Shown here: piece by piece, positions 29,527 through 38,109 of the stretch | Layout of the letters: every line of letters starts with the position of its first letter | How positions within the stretch are numbered: position 1 is the first letter of the stretch | DNA from: Patescibacteria group bacterium | Lineage (GTDB): Bacteria > Patescibacteriota > Patescibacteriia > 2-12-FULL-60-25 | Length of the DNA stretch: 64,000 nucleotides | NCBI GenBank assembly: GCA_039917355.1 | Contig: JBDSJN010000003.1 | Span: forward strand, 135,719 to 199,718 | Direction: 5' to 3' | Made by a program: the position numbers and the translations under genes | The notes under the pieces: generated by a model | Seen by the model: the letters and a program-made list of their open reading frames with translations, nothing else | The model's database searches: none | Told to the model about the DNA's origin: nothing

Positions 29527-30099
29527 TCAGTTTGCAGGTGGAGTCGGAAAGTGTGCTACGCAGTCTTGGAAGACGGTGTGCCCAGGCTCATCCGGAACCA
29601 TGCGTTTGCAGAGTGAAGAGGGTTCTATCCCATCCGCTTCGGAAAGGTTTGCTGCGACACTAAAGAGACAGAGGTTTCGATAATAGCGCCAATGTTCACC
29701 TGTATGATCGCTATCAACACGTTCACACAAGTCCGGGTTTTTCGTATGGATGGCAATGTCCTGGAAACAAAAAGGAGTTTCCATGAATTCACAAAGAGCT
29801 GGATCGTAGAAGGTTTCGTTATAAGCATTGAAGCAATCTTCTATAGGGGCTCGATCCTCCGGGGCGTAGCAGGTCCCCGGCCCTTTGGCACAAATCGTGA
29901 CTCGTATTTTTTTCGGCAGTTTTTCGCACACATGGAAGTCTTTTGCTGCAATAGCTTCATTGATGACAGGTCTTTCAAGATTGAACCATTCTTCATCCGA
30001 GTAGATAGGACCTTGGATTAGTCGAAAAGCCACCAGTGGAAAAGCCACCAGGGACAATATCCCAATCAACAAAAGGACTATTTTAATGAATGCGTTCAT
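29527..30099 (-). CDS. hypothetical secreted Cys-rich protein
   Basis: Signal/TM N-terminus and 12 Cys in 190 aa. Confidence 0.45.
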   Translation of the reverse strand: MNAFIKIVLLLIGILSLVAFPLVAFRLIQGPIYSDEEWFNLERPVINEAIAAKDFHVCEKLPKKIRVTICAKGPGTCYAPEDRAPIEDCFNAYNETFYDPALCEFMETPFCFQDIAIHTKNPDLCERVDSDHTGEHWRYYRNLCLFSVAANLSEADGIEPSSLCKRMVPDEPGHTVFQDCVAHFPTPPAN

Positions 30100-30123
30100 A
30101 AGGAGCCTGTCTCAAGGACACGC

Positions 30124-30537
30124 TTACATCATTGGTGCTGGCTGGATCATGCCGACGCTGTTGCCTTCGCTATCAGTGAACGAAAGGTAGAGGCCCACTC
30201 CTGGGATATCATCCGGTTCACCCGGCTTTTGGCCTCCAATGATCTTCCCGCCAGCTTCTTCAACGCGCTTCATCGCAGCGCGAATATCTTCGACGGCGAC
30301 AACGACCGAAGGAGTTGACGGAGCCTTGTCTGATTTTTCGTAAAATCCACCATTGATGCGGCCCGGTTTCTTTGGGAACTTCGTGGCTTCGTCCATCTCA
30401 CATGTCTGCATCACGACGTAGTTTCCCATTTCTGGGCCGAGCATGCGCGGCTTCCAACCAAACGCTTTGCCGTAAAAGTCGGCCATACGGTTCTTATCTT
30501 CGTACGGCATCTCAAAGTGGACAACGGAATTCATCAT
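30124..30537 (-). CDS. VOC/glyoxalase family protein
   Basis: Glyoxalase-like beta-alpha-beta-beta-beta pattern (VVHFEMPYED...). Confidence 0.65.
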   Translation of the reverse strand: MMNSVVHFEMPYEDKNRMADFYGKAFGWKPRMLGPEMGNYVVMQTCEMDEATKFPKKPGRINGGFYEKSDKAPSTPSVVVAVEDIRAAMKRVEEAGGKIIGGQKPGEPDDIPGVGLYLSFTDSEGNSVGMIQPAPMM

Positions 30538-30548
30538 AGGGGTTGGAG

Positions 30549-31061
30549 TTATTGGAGTAACGCAGAGCTAAAAAGTACATGGAATGCGCGACACCAGACA
30601 AGGACGTATTTATATTTCGTCGTATCTGTTCCCGTAGGTAGTGTGTAATTGATGTTTCCTGTCGTCCCTCGGATTGACCCAAGGTCAACGATGTCTGTTG
30701 CGCTCTTATCGGTTGCGAGATAGATCCGTAAATCCGGTCCGTTGATGGTTTCAAAATCTTCAAATCGTAAGATGTCTCCATCGTCATTCGGGAGAATAAT
30801 GACTTTCCCCGAAACGTCGTGCGCGCCAGGGACGAATGTTCCTTCCAGTGGTTTGATGGTTGGCTGTTCGGGAGCTGGAACAAGCTGTTGAGGTTGGGTT
30901 TCCGTTTCTGGCATCAAGAGATTGGGGACAGCTGCGACTGGAGGCTGCACAGGAAGCGCGTCATCAACGCGAACGGTTCGCCAGATTGGAGATAGGAGGT
31001 AGTACGCAATTCCAAGGACGATGACTCCACCAACGATAAGCCCGACGTGTTTTATGGTCAT
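30549..31061 (-). CDS. DM13 domain-containing membrane-anchored protein
   Basis: N-terminal TM helix. C-terminal ...GKVIILPNDDGDILRFEDFETINGPDLRIYL... is typical of DM13. Confidence 0.6.
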   Translation of the reverse strand: MTIKHVGLIVGGVIVLGIAYYLLSPIWRTVRVDDALPVQPPVAAVPNLLMPETETQPQQLVPAPEQPTIKPLEGTFVPGAHDVSGKVIILPNDDGDILRFEDFETINGPDLRIYLATDKSATDIVDLGSIRGTTGNINYTLPTGTDTTKYKYVLVWCRAFHVLFSSALLQ

Positions 31062-31090
31062 GGTGCAATCATAACACCGATCCTGAATCT

Positions 31091-32920
31091 TTAAACAGGT
31101 TTCCCGGTGTTTTTGGGTGTTGTGTCTTTGTTGAGGCTATCGCGTACAAGGTTCGCAAGGAGAACGTCAACAAGCGATCCGCCAGCCTTATCCCCTCCCC
31201 CAGCAACGATCTGAGGGACGAGTGGAATTTTGGCAGCTGCGAGCGCACGACCGACTTCCACGACGGCAAAGTTCCCTTGTCCCATCGCGTGAGTCTTGAG
31301 TTGGATGACGTCTGCTTCCGCCTTACCGACAGCAGTGATCTTTTCACCTTCGGCCTTACCGACAGTTATAAGTACTTCCGCGTCAGCCTTGGCGTTGATC
31401 GTCTTGGATTTGGCGTCACCATCCGCTTTCTTGATTGTTGATTGCGCGTCAAAGTCCGCGATGGCAACTTTCCGCTCCGCGTCCACAACACGAGCCTGCG
31501 TGTCTGCGAGTGCTTTTGCTTGTTCCAGCTTCTGACGTTCGTCTTGGGCGGCACGTTGCGTTTCGAACGTGACCTTTTCCTGATCCGCAATCTTCCGGTC
31601 GGTGAGCGTCTTCATCAGTTCTGCGGGAGGCGTGATGTCACCAATCAGCGTGTCGACGGCTCCAACGTTATATTCCTGCAACGCGGTGGAGATCGATTCT
31701 TTTGCTTCCTTTTGGCGTTGGCTGCGTAACTTCAAGAACTCGATGACGTCGGATCCCTGGGCAGCATTGCGGAAGTAGTTGCCGATCGTCGGTTCAAGGA
31801 CTTGCGTGACGAGGTTCGCAACGCTTCCAAATCGTGCAATCACCTTTGGCGCATCGTTGCGTGGGATGTGGATGATCTGGCTCACATCTAAGTTGAACGT
31901 AAACCCATCAGAGGAACGGACAGAAATGGTCGACAGGTTTTGGTCCAGTTTGTGTGATTCCGTTTTCCCAGTCGCCCAGTTTAAGACAACGTTTGCTGTC
32001 GGCACGCTTTCAACACGATGCGTGTACGGGTTGATTGGATACTTTCCTGGATCGAGCGGATCTGCCCAAACACCCTTCTCTCCACGGCTCACGAGGTTAC
32101 CGTGTTTGAACAGCGCCCCCGTTACGTCTTTCCCAGCAGCACCAACGTATGCAATCACAACACCGGCGTGTGCGATCTGCACTTCTGTCATTGGTTGCTG
32201 TTCAACCGTCGCGAACAATGGGTTGATAAAATAGCGACCAGCCAAGATGACCTGTTCCTGCAGCCCTTTGTATCCCCCGTTTGTGACGAAGGTTTGTCCA
32301 TCTTGGAAGAGGTTATGGCCATCAACCTCGTGTCCAGCAATCTCGCCTGTCGGAAGTGAGGTTCCTTCTTTCGTCGTCACGATACCGACCATGTTGTCTT
32401 CAATTTCCAACACCGGGGCAGGGCTGATGGTAAAGAGCGACGTGTTGATGCGATATGTTCCTGGCGGGATAATCGTAATCTGAGGGCCGCGTTCTCCACC
32501 GTTCGTCAAAAACCCTCGTGCATCTTGGAACGAATTGCACTCGACTTTCTTCGCAAGCACACGTCCGTTCGTGAGCGCCGTGCCGTCACGTGATTCAACA
32601 AGACCAACGTTGCCCTCAAGGACCGTGATGAATGGTTGGCGCTTTACCTCAAACTGCCACGGCCAAAGCCAAAAGTGCACACCAGGCGCAAGCGTATCTG
32701 CCTGGATACCAGCCTCCCTGTTCAGCGCGATGAGCGACCCGTCCGGAAGGGCTGTCTTTCCAAGAAGGGCAAACTTCTTGTTGACGATCCCAATCGAATC
32801 TTCTGGGATTAAAACGACCCCAAATAGGCGCAAAACCAGCTTATAGAAGACGATGACGAACAGGATCGGAATGATCCATAGTACGGCAATCACGAGTGTG
32901 GAAGAGGTCATAATGGGCAA
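31091..32920 (-). CDS. SPFH/band 7 (flotillin-like) protein
   Basis: N-terminal TM helix, an SPFH core and a long C-terminal Ala/Glu/Lys coiled coil. Confidence 0.75.
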   Translation of the reverse strand: MPIMTSSTLVIAVLWIIPILFVIVFYKLVLRLFGVVLIPEDSIGIVNKKFALLGKTALPDGSLIALNREAGIQADTLAPGVHFWLWPWQFEVKRQPFITVLEGNVGLVESRDGTALTNGRVLAKKVECNSFQDARGFLTNGGERGPQITIIPPGTYRINTSLFTISPAPVLEIEDNMVGIVTTKEGTSLPTGEIAGHEVDGHNLFQDGQTFVTNGGYKGLQEQVILAGRYFINPLFATVEQQPMTEVQIAHAGVVIAYVGAAGKDVTGALFKHGNLVSRGEKGVWADPLDPGKYPINPYTHRVESVPTANVVLNWATGKTESHKLDQNLSTISVRSSDGFTFNLDVSQIIHIPRNDAPKVIARFGSVANLVTQVLEPTIGNYFRNAAQGSDVIEFLKLRSQRQKEAKESISTALQEYNVGAVDTLIGDITPPAELMKTLTDRKIADQEKVTFETQRAAQDERQKLEQAKALADTQARVVDAERKVAIADFDAQSTIKKADGDAKSKTINAKADAEVLITVGKAEGEKITAVGKAEADVIQLKTHAMGQGNFAVVEVGRALAAAKIPLVPQIVAGGGDKAGGSLVDVLLANLVRDSLNKDTTPKNTGKPV

Positions 32921-32992
32921 ACCTTAGCCCAGTCCTCATTCCACCGCAAATAACAAAAAGCCGGGGTTTCCCCCACGGCTTTGTGTGACGAG

Positions 32993-33094
32993 CTAACGGA
33001 AGAACAAAAGGTAAAGAATGATTGCGAGGAACAATCCTCCGCCGAAGAACCAGGACAAGATGCCAGCTTTGAAAAAGTCTCCGATGCCAGCCAT
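32993..33094 (-). CDS. candidate small hydrophobic peptide (33 aa)
   Basis: MAGIGDFFKAGILSWFFGGGLFLAIILYLLFFR. Followed on its own strand by a strong terminator hairpin (32957-32985) and preceded by the MFS terminator. No clear RBS. Confidence 0.25.
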   Translation of the reverse strand: MAGIGDFFKAGILSWFFGGGLFLAIILYLLFFR

Positions 33095-33140
33095 ATGGTT
33101 TTGTGTTAAGGAATAAGGCTTGCCTCTAAAGCATACTCCT

Positions 33141-33177
33141 CTCAAAAGAAAATGCCACCCGTGAGCTGGGTGGCATT
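33141..33177. terminator. rho-independent terminator of MFS gene (atgccaccc/gggtggcat)
   Basis: 9-bp stem, 7-nt loop, and a T-run on the minus strand. Confidence 0.7.
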
Positions 33178-33180
33178 TCC

Positions 33181-34362
33181 TTAGAACGCGGATTCTTTCT
33201 TTGCGCCCGGCTTCAGGACTTTGAAGGAGAGTGCATAACAGATGAGGACGAGGAGTCCTCCCGCGAGGAATGTCAGTGGAATTGAGACCGTTGCGATCGC
33301 ACCACCTAAAAGCGGGCCAATGATCATTCCGATGCTTTGGTAGGAGCTGTTCAATCCCATGATCGAGCCTTGTGACTTTGCATCCGCCTCTTGTGACAAG
33401 ATTGTTGGGATCATTGTTTGCACGAGGCTGTTCACGAGGGCGAGGACAACCATCGCCGCAACGAACATCCAAACGGAAGTTGAAAACGACATCACGATGA
33501 ACGCAATTGCCGTGAACAAAATCGCATTCGTGAACGACTTTTTCATTCCAAGCTTCTTTGAGATCGGCCCAACGAGGAATGTCTGTGCAAACAACCCGGA
33601 CGCACCAAATAGCGTAAACAGCATCGCGTTTTGTGATTCCGTAATGTGGAGTGTGTTGAGCGTGAATGGCTGGAACCCGTAAATAATGGCACACGCAAAC
33701 GCAAGGAAGAAGACAAACGTGATCAAGAATGTGACGCCCACGTTATCATCGAACAGCATTTTCCAAATATTTTTGAAGTCGAACAACTTCCCATCTTTCA
33801 CTTCACCAAGATGCACGTTGGTTTCTGGGAGGTAGAAGAATGTCAGGACTGCCGCGATAACAGTGATGCCACCTGCGATCAAGAATGGAAGTGCCGAATT
33901 GATTCCGATGGTGAAGGCGGCAATCGCTGGTCCAAACACGAATCCAAAGTTGAATGCGGAGCTGATGAGCCCGAACGACTTGGCGCGCTCTTCTGGTTTG
34001 GTGGAGTCAGAAATGACCGCGAACACGACCGGGATATTTCCTGCCGTCAAACCATCCAAAATGCGTGAGATAAACAAGAATGCCGCGCTTGGTGCAAACG
34101 CCATCACAAAGAATGAGACGGCTGTCCCAACGATTGAGACGAGCAACATCGGACGGCGGCCATACTTGTCAGACAGGCGGCCAATGATCGGTGTTGAGAT
34201 GAATTGGCACACCGAGAACAACGCAAACAAGAGGCCGTTCTCAAAATCGGAGAGGCCAAACTTTTTTGAATACCCATACATGAGCGGGATGATGATCCCA
34301 TACCCAAGCATGTTGACGAGCGCAATCAGCGCAACAATGAGGACGTTCTTGTTATGTCGCAT
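33181..34362 (-). CDS. MFS transporter
   Basis: 12 TM helices and the GRLSDKYGRR MFS signature. Confidence 0.85.
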   Translation of the reverse strand: MRHNKNVLIVALIALVNMLGYGIIIPLMYGYSKKFGLSDFENGLLFALFSVCQFISTPIIGRLSDKYGRRPMLLVSIVGTAVSFFVMAFAPSAAFLFISRILDGLTAGNIPVVFAVISDSTKPEERAKSFGLISSAFNFGFVFGPAIAAFTIGINSALPFLIAGGITVIAAVLTFFYLPETNVHLGEVKDGKLFDFKNIWKMLFDDNVGVTFLITFVFFLAFACAIIYGFQPFTLNTLHITESQNAMLFTLFGASGLFAQTFLVGPISKKLGMKKSFTNAILFTAIAFIVMSFSTSVWMFVAAMVVLALVNSLVQTMIPTILSQEADAKSQGSIMGLNSSYQSIGMIIGPLLGGAIATVSIPLTFLAGGLLVLICYALSFKVLKPGAKKESAF

Positions 34363-34453
34363 GTAGGTGTTATGAATGAGCTGGGAGGATACAGGAAAAA
34401 GGACGGAATGTCAATCCATCCAAATAGCCGATTCTTACAAGTGGCACGATATC

Positions 34454-34888
34454 CTATTTCTTCTGTGTCCCCAATCCCACAAACCCTGGATGTTTCTGTG
34501 CAAACACAAGAACGTTCTTCAACGTTGGGAGATCAATATCCTCAAGCTTTTTAAAACTAATACAGCTTTTGCCGACTTTCGCCTTTCCGAGTTCTTTTGC
34601 GTATTTTTCGACAACGTATTGGCCCTTGTCTAGCGCGCAGACAAAGATGCTCACGTAGTTCTTTTGGTTGGCTAATGAGACAACCGGCCATTCAATCGGT
34701 TCGTGTTTGTAGTTGCGATATGGAAACGACCCATATCCGATCATGTTGGTTGCAAAGTGTGGCTTGAGCTTTGGTGCGGACTTCTGGATAAACGTGTGCA
34801 GGAACTCAACGAGCTCCTTGCGGTCTGCGGGAACGTCAGCCATGTATTGCGCAATGGTTTTTGCCTTGGTGGCTTTGAACATGTTCAT
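34454..34888 (-). CDS. DUF1801 (YdhG-like) domain protein
   Basis: Composition and length are typical. Weak call. Confidence 0.45.
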   Translation of the reverse strand: MNMFKATKAKTIAQYMADVPADRKELVEFLHTFIQKSAPKLKPHFATNMIGYGSFPYRNYKHEPIEWPVVSLANQKNYVSIFVCALDKGQYVVEKYAKELGKAKVGKSCISFKKLEDIDLPTLKNVLVFAQKHPGFVGLGTQKK

Positions 34889-34960
34889 ATCTCAACCATC
34901 GTATCAAAAAATACGGATTAGTGTGTATACTGGCCTCCTGTTTCAAATATCCTGAACAAT

Positions 34961-35380
34961 ATGCCGTATCCAAGCCCCCGTCCTCAACTATTCCCCCTCC
35001 GCGTCGGCAGAAGCTCGAGTGGGTTTGGAGTTTTTGCCGTCGAAGAGATTCCAGCCAAAAAGTTCATCATCGAATATTGGGGAAAGCTTGTTTCGGACGC
35101 TGTGGCGGATCGAGTTGGTGGACGCTACCTCTTTGACCTCGAAAACGGCAACGCTATTCTTGGCGGGACGCGGAAGAATACGGCGCGGTATATAAACCAC
35201 GCATGCCGTCCAAACGCAGAAACACGCACGATAAAAAATCGGATCTACGTCTACTCAAGAAAGCGCATTAAAGCCGGCGATGAGATCACGTACAATTACG
35301 GCAAGGAATACTTTGACGACTTTATCAAACCGCATGGGTGTCGGTGCCCAACCTGCGTCAAAAAGAGCAAGCGAAAGTAG
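34961..35380 (+). CDS. SET-domain protein-lysine methyltransferase (bacterial)
   Basis: GFGVFA...RYINHACRPN...GDEITYNYG motifs plus a post-SET Cys pair CRCPTC. Confidence 0.7.
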   Translation: MPYPSPRPQLFPLRVGRSSSGFGVFAVEEIPAKKFIIEYWGKLVSDAVADRVGGRYLFDLENGNAILGGTRKNTARYINHACRPNAETRTIKNRIYVYSRKRIKAGDEITYNYGKEYFDDFIKPHGCRCPTCVKKSKRK

Positions 35381-35382
35381 CT

Positions 35383-35997
35383 ATGGGATTTGTAACGTAT
35401 TTTGATGTACTGATTGCGTTTCTGTGTGGTTTGCTATGGATCGCTCTTATTGCGTTCCTCCGCTTGAAGAAAAAGAAAAGCCTCATCTATTTGATATTCT
35501 TCACAATATTCTACATCTACCTCATTAAAGTTTTAGACTACACGCTTTTTCAATTTCAGGCGCTCCTTCTTTTAAAACACTTCATGCCAAATCTTATCCT
35601 GAATGGACAAACGGCTGGGAACAGCATGAACCTGGTTCCGCTCATCGCGCTCACTTCTCAGGATCTGAAGACCGTCCTTCTCAATATCTTGCTCTTTGTT
35701 CCTTTTGGCTTTGGTCTGCCGTTCATTACGAGTTTTCACTTGAAGAAGATCGTTCTTATTGGCGCGCTCTGTAGCATTGCAATCGAGCTCTTGCAACTGA
35801 TAACAGGTCTCCTGGCAAAAATGACGTTCCGGATCGCAGACATTAATGATGTGATATTCAATACTGCCGGTGCTGCCATCGGCTACATCTTCTTTGTTGG
35901 ATTCGTGCGTATCTATCGTCGCGTATCTCGTGTGTGGAAGATATCCGCAAATCCAATCTCGCAATACATTATTGAACGACCCCAAATAGATAGATGA
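35383..35997 (+). CDS. VanZ family membrane protein
   Basis: NILLFVPFGFGLP motif and 4-5 TM helices. Starts 2 nt after the SET stop. Confidence 0.65.
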   Translation: MGFVTYFDVLIAFLCGLLWIALIAFLRLKKKKSLIYLIFFTIFYIYLIKVLDYTLFQFQALLLLKHFMPNLILNGQTAGNSMNLVPLIALTSQDLKTVLLNILLFVPFGFGLPFITSFHLKKIVLIGALCSIAIELLQLITGLLAKMTFRIADINDVIFNTAGAAIGYIFFVGFVRIYRRVSRVWKISANPISQYIIERPQIDR

Positions 35998-36007
35998 ATA
36001 ATCAAAC

Positions 36008-36038
36008 AAAAAAGCCACCTCACGGTGGTTTCTTTGTT
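36008..36038. terminator. bidirectional terminator (ccacc tcac ggtgg) serving vanZ and tRNA-Asn
   Basis: A-run before and T-run after the hairpin. Confidence 0.7.
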
Positions 36039-36113
36039 GGCTCGAGGGGTGGGGATCGAACCCACGACCAAGGGATTAACAGTCCCCTGCTCTACCGCTG
36101 AGCTACCCTCGAA
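36039..36113 (-). tRNA. tRNA-Asn (anticodon GTT), CCA encoded
   Basis: The reverse complement gives TCGAGGGTAGCTCAGCGGTAGAGCAGGGGACTGTTAATCCCTTGGTCGTGGGTTCGATCCCCACCCCTCGAGCCA. It has a 7-bp acceptor stem, the GTTCGATCC T-arm, and a G discriminator base. Confidence 0.85.
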
Positions 36114-36132
36114 TGAATTGTTTAATGAATTC

Positions 36133-36171
36133 TCTACCTCCGCCAGCTGGCGGAGAGCTACCCTCGAATGG
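36133..36171 (-). other. degenerate partial copy of tRNA-Asn 5' segment with 16-nt palindromic insertion
   Basis: ctctacc[tccgccagctggcgga]gagctaccctcgaatg compared with the tRNA ctctacc[gct]gagctaccctcgaatg. Confidence 0.5.
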
Positions 36172-36267
36172 CTCTTAAATTGCGTCGGGATAGTACCGAT
36201 ATCTTGGGTGTCCGTCAAGGCGCTGGAAAAGAAAAGCCGACCTTGGTTGGTCGACGGAGCTATGGCT

Positions 36268-36687
36268 TCAGGAGACCTGCACGAACCTTTTTGAGGTGCA
36301 TTGGAAACGTTTTTGGCGTGTCCGTACAGACAGTCTGTCTGCTCCCTCCATCTTTCGTGAATTCTTTGAGCAGTCGTACTTCCAGCGACTCTTGGGGTTT
36401 GTCGGGTCGTCATCAAGCTCGATCTCTTGTTCCTCTTTGTTGTCCAGTCTTCCTTCATGAACGAGCCGTTCTTTCCAATCCGTATTGGAATCCTCCTGAA
36501 AGAAGACGTCCTGTTTGGCTGCGTACTTGCATCCTACACACCTGAATGTGCGATCCGGGAAGACGTCCGCGCTATTGCACTTGGGGCAAACGTGTTCGCC
36601 TTCCGGGTCCTCTTTGTTTACGAATCGAGCAGACTTTCCGCGATGCTCGCAGTCCAGCCCGTAACACTTCCAAAAATTGGTTGCCAC
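36268..36687 (-). CDS. hypothetical zinc-ribbon protein
   Basis: CYGLDC...CPKC and CVGC motifs. GTG start with GGAGG 5 nt upstream. The ORF-track TTG start is at 36702. Confidence 0.4.
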   Translation of the reverse strand: MATNFWKCYGLDCEHRGKSARFVNKEDPEGEHVCPKCNSADVFPDRTFRCVGCKYAAKQDVFFQEDSNTDWKERLVHEGRLDNKEEQEIELDDDPTNPKSRWKYDCSKNSRKMEGADRLSVRTRQKRFQCTSKRFVQVS

Positions 36688-36693
36688 GATCAC

Positions 36694-36725
36694 CTCCAAC
36701 AAAGAACCACCATAGCTTGGTGGTT
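36694..36725. terminator. perfect palindrome aagaaccacca-tagc-tggtggttctt (rpoD terminator/attenuator)
   Basis: 11-bp perfect stem. A second hairpin lies at 36745-36770, nearer the rpoD stop. Confidence 0.55.
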
Positions 36726-36778
36726 CTTTTTGTTTCTGTCAACGAATCAAAAGCCCCCTTTCGGAGGCTTTTTTCTTT

Positions 36779-38035
36779 TTAGTAATCGATGAGGCGTTTG
36801 ACCAGCGGATGTTGTTGGATCTTTTCCATGGCCTTGGCTTCGATTTGGCGGATACGTTCACGCGTGACGTCGAACTCTTTTCCGACTTCTTCGAGCGTGT
36901 GCGAGACGCCATCTACGAGGCCGAAGCGCATCTCGAGAATCTTTTGCTCACGAGGGCTAAGGTCCTTGATGATATCCCCGACGTAGTCTTTGAGGAGCTG
37001 GAGTGCAGCGGCGCGATCCGGTGTGACGTGTTTAACGTCTTCGATGAAGTCTTCAAGTGTCGAGTCTTCATCATCTTCACCAACCGAGGTTTCGAGCGAG
37101 ACGGTATCTTGTGAGATCTTGATAATGTGACGAACCTTCTCGACGTCCTCACCCATTTCGGCGGCGATTTCTTCTGGTAACGGTTCGCGGCCAAGGTCTT
37201 GGATGAGTTGGCGCTCCACTTGCTGGAACTTGTTGATTGTCTCAACCATGTGCACCGGAATACGGATCGTACGGCTTTGGTCAGCTAATGCACGCGTAAT
37301 CGCCTGACGGATCCACCACGTGGCGTATGTCGAGAACTTGTACCCTTTGCGATATTCGAACTTTTTCACGGCGCGGAACAACCCAATGTTTCCCTCCTGA
37401 ATCAAGTCGAGGAGCGAAAGCGACTTTCCAATAAATTTCTTCGCAATCGAAACGACGAGACGCAAGTTCGCTTCGATCAATTTCTTCTCAGCTTCCTTTT
37501 CGCCTTTCTCCTTTCGCTTTGCAAGCGCAACTTCTTCTTCTGCCGTGAGAAGCGGAATCTTCCCGATCTCACGCAAGTACATCTGGATCGAGTCTGCCGT
37601 GAGGTCGAATGGATCGACCTTGCCGCGCTTATCGTCTGCGCTATGCATCTGCGTCATCACGTCGTGGCGTTCTTTTCCACGTCCCAAAATCCCCTCCTTC
37701 ATCTCCACGATCCCGATGCCGGCAGCATCAAGACGGTCAATGAAGTTTTCATAGACCGGGATGTAGTCTTCGATTTCACTAAAACTGTAGAGGACTTCGT
37801 TTTCCGTCAAAAATCCACGTGTGCGCGCTTTTTCAAACAACTTATCAAGCGCCTCAGGCGATGGCGCGTCTGCCTTCACGTATGCGACGCGTGGTTTTTG
37901 GTGCTGTTGTTTTTGTAGAGCGGCACCTTTCTTTTGCTGTGGCTTGCCAGGTTTTTTTGCCTGGGCTTTTTTTGCGAGTGGCTTGCCTTGTGGGCGTGCC
38001 TTCTGCTTCGTCTTCTTGGCGTTGGATTTAACCAT
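36779..38035 (-). CDS. rpoD: RNA polymerase sigma factor RpoD (sigma-70) with Lys-rich N-terminal extension
   Basis: Regions 2, 3 and 4 are present ([17 protein letters not shown]; [24 protein letters not shown]). Confidence 0.9.
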   Translation of the reverse strand: MVKSNAKKTKQKARPQGKPLAKKAQAKKPGKPQQKKGAALQKQQHQKPRVAYVKADAPSPEALDKLFEKARTRGFLTENEVLYSFSEIEDYIPVYENFIDRLDAAGIGIVEMKEGILGRGKERHDVMTQMHSADDKRGKVDPFDLTADSIQMYLREIGKIPLLTAEEEVALAKRKEKGEKEAEKKLIEANLRLVVSIAKKFIGKSLSLLDLIQEGNIGLFRAVKKFEYRKGYKFSTYATWWIRQAITRALADQSRTIRIPVHMVETINKFQQVERQLIQDLGREPLPEEIAAEMGEDVEKVRHIIKISQDTVSLETSVGEDDEDSTLEDFIEDVKHVTPDRAAALQLLKDYVGDIIKDLSPREQKILEMRFGLVDGVSHTLEEVGKEFDVTRERIRQIEAKAMEKIQQHPLVKRLIDY

Positions 38036-38109
38036 AGAGGCTTCACATCCGGGATCGGGAGCGCCACATCGCGAACGATATGGGCCGCCGGAAACGGATG
38101 GTAGAAGGG

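Noticed and set aside
32993-33694. 233-aa minus-strand ORF
   Set aside because: Most of it is antisense to the MFS transporter. Only the terminal 33 codons, lying in intergenic DNA, are considered as a possible small gene.
36039-36300. Possible integrated mobile element or genomic island at tRNA-Asn
   Set aside because: No integrase, transposase or phage genes are found on either side. Only the small pseudo-tRNA fragment remains.
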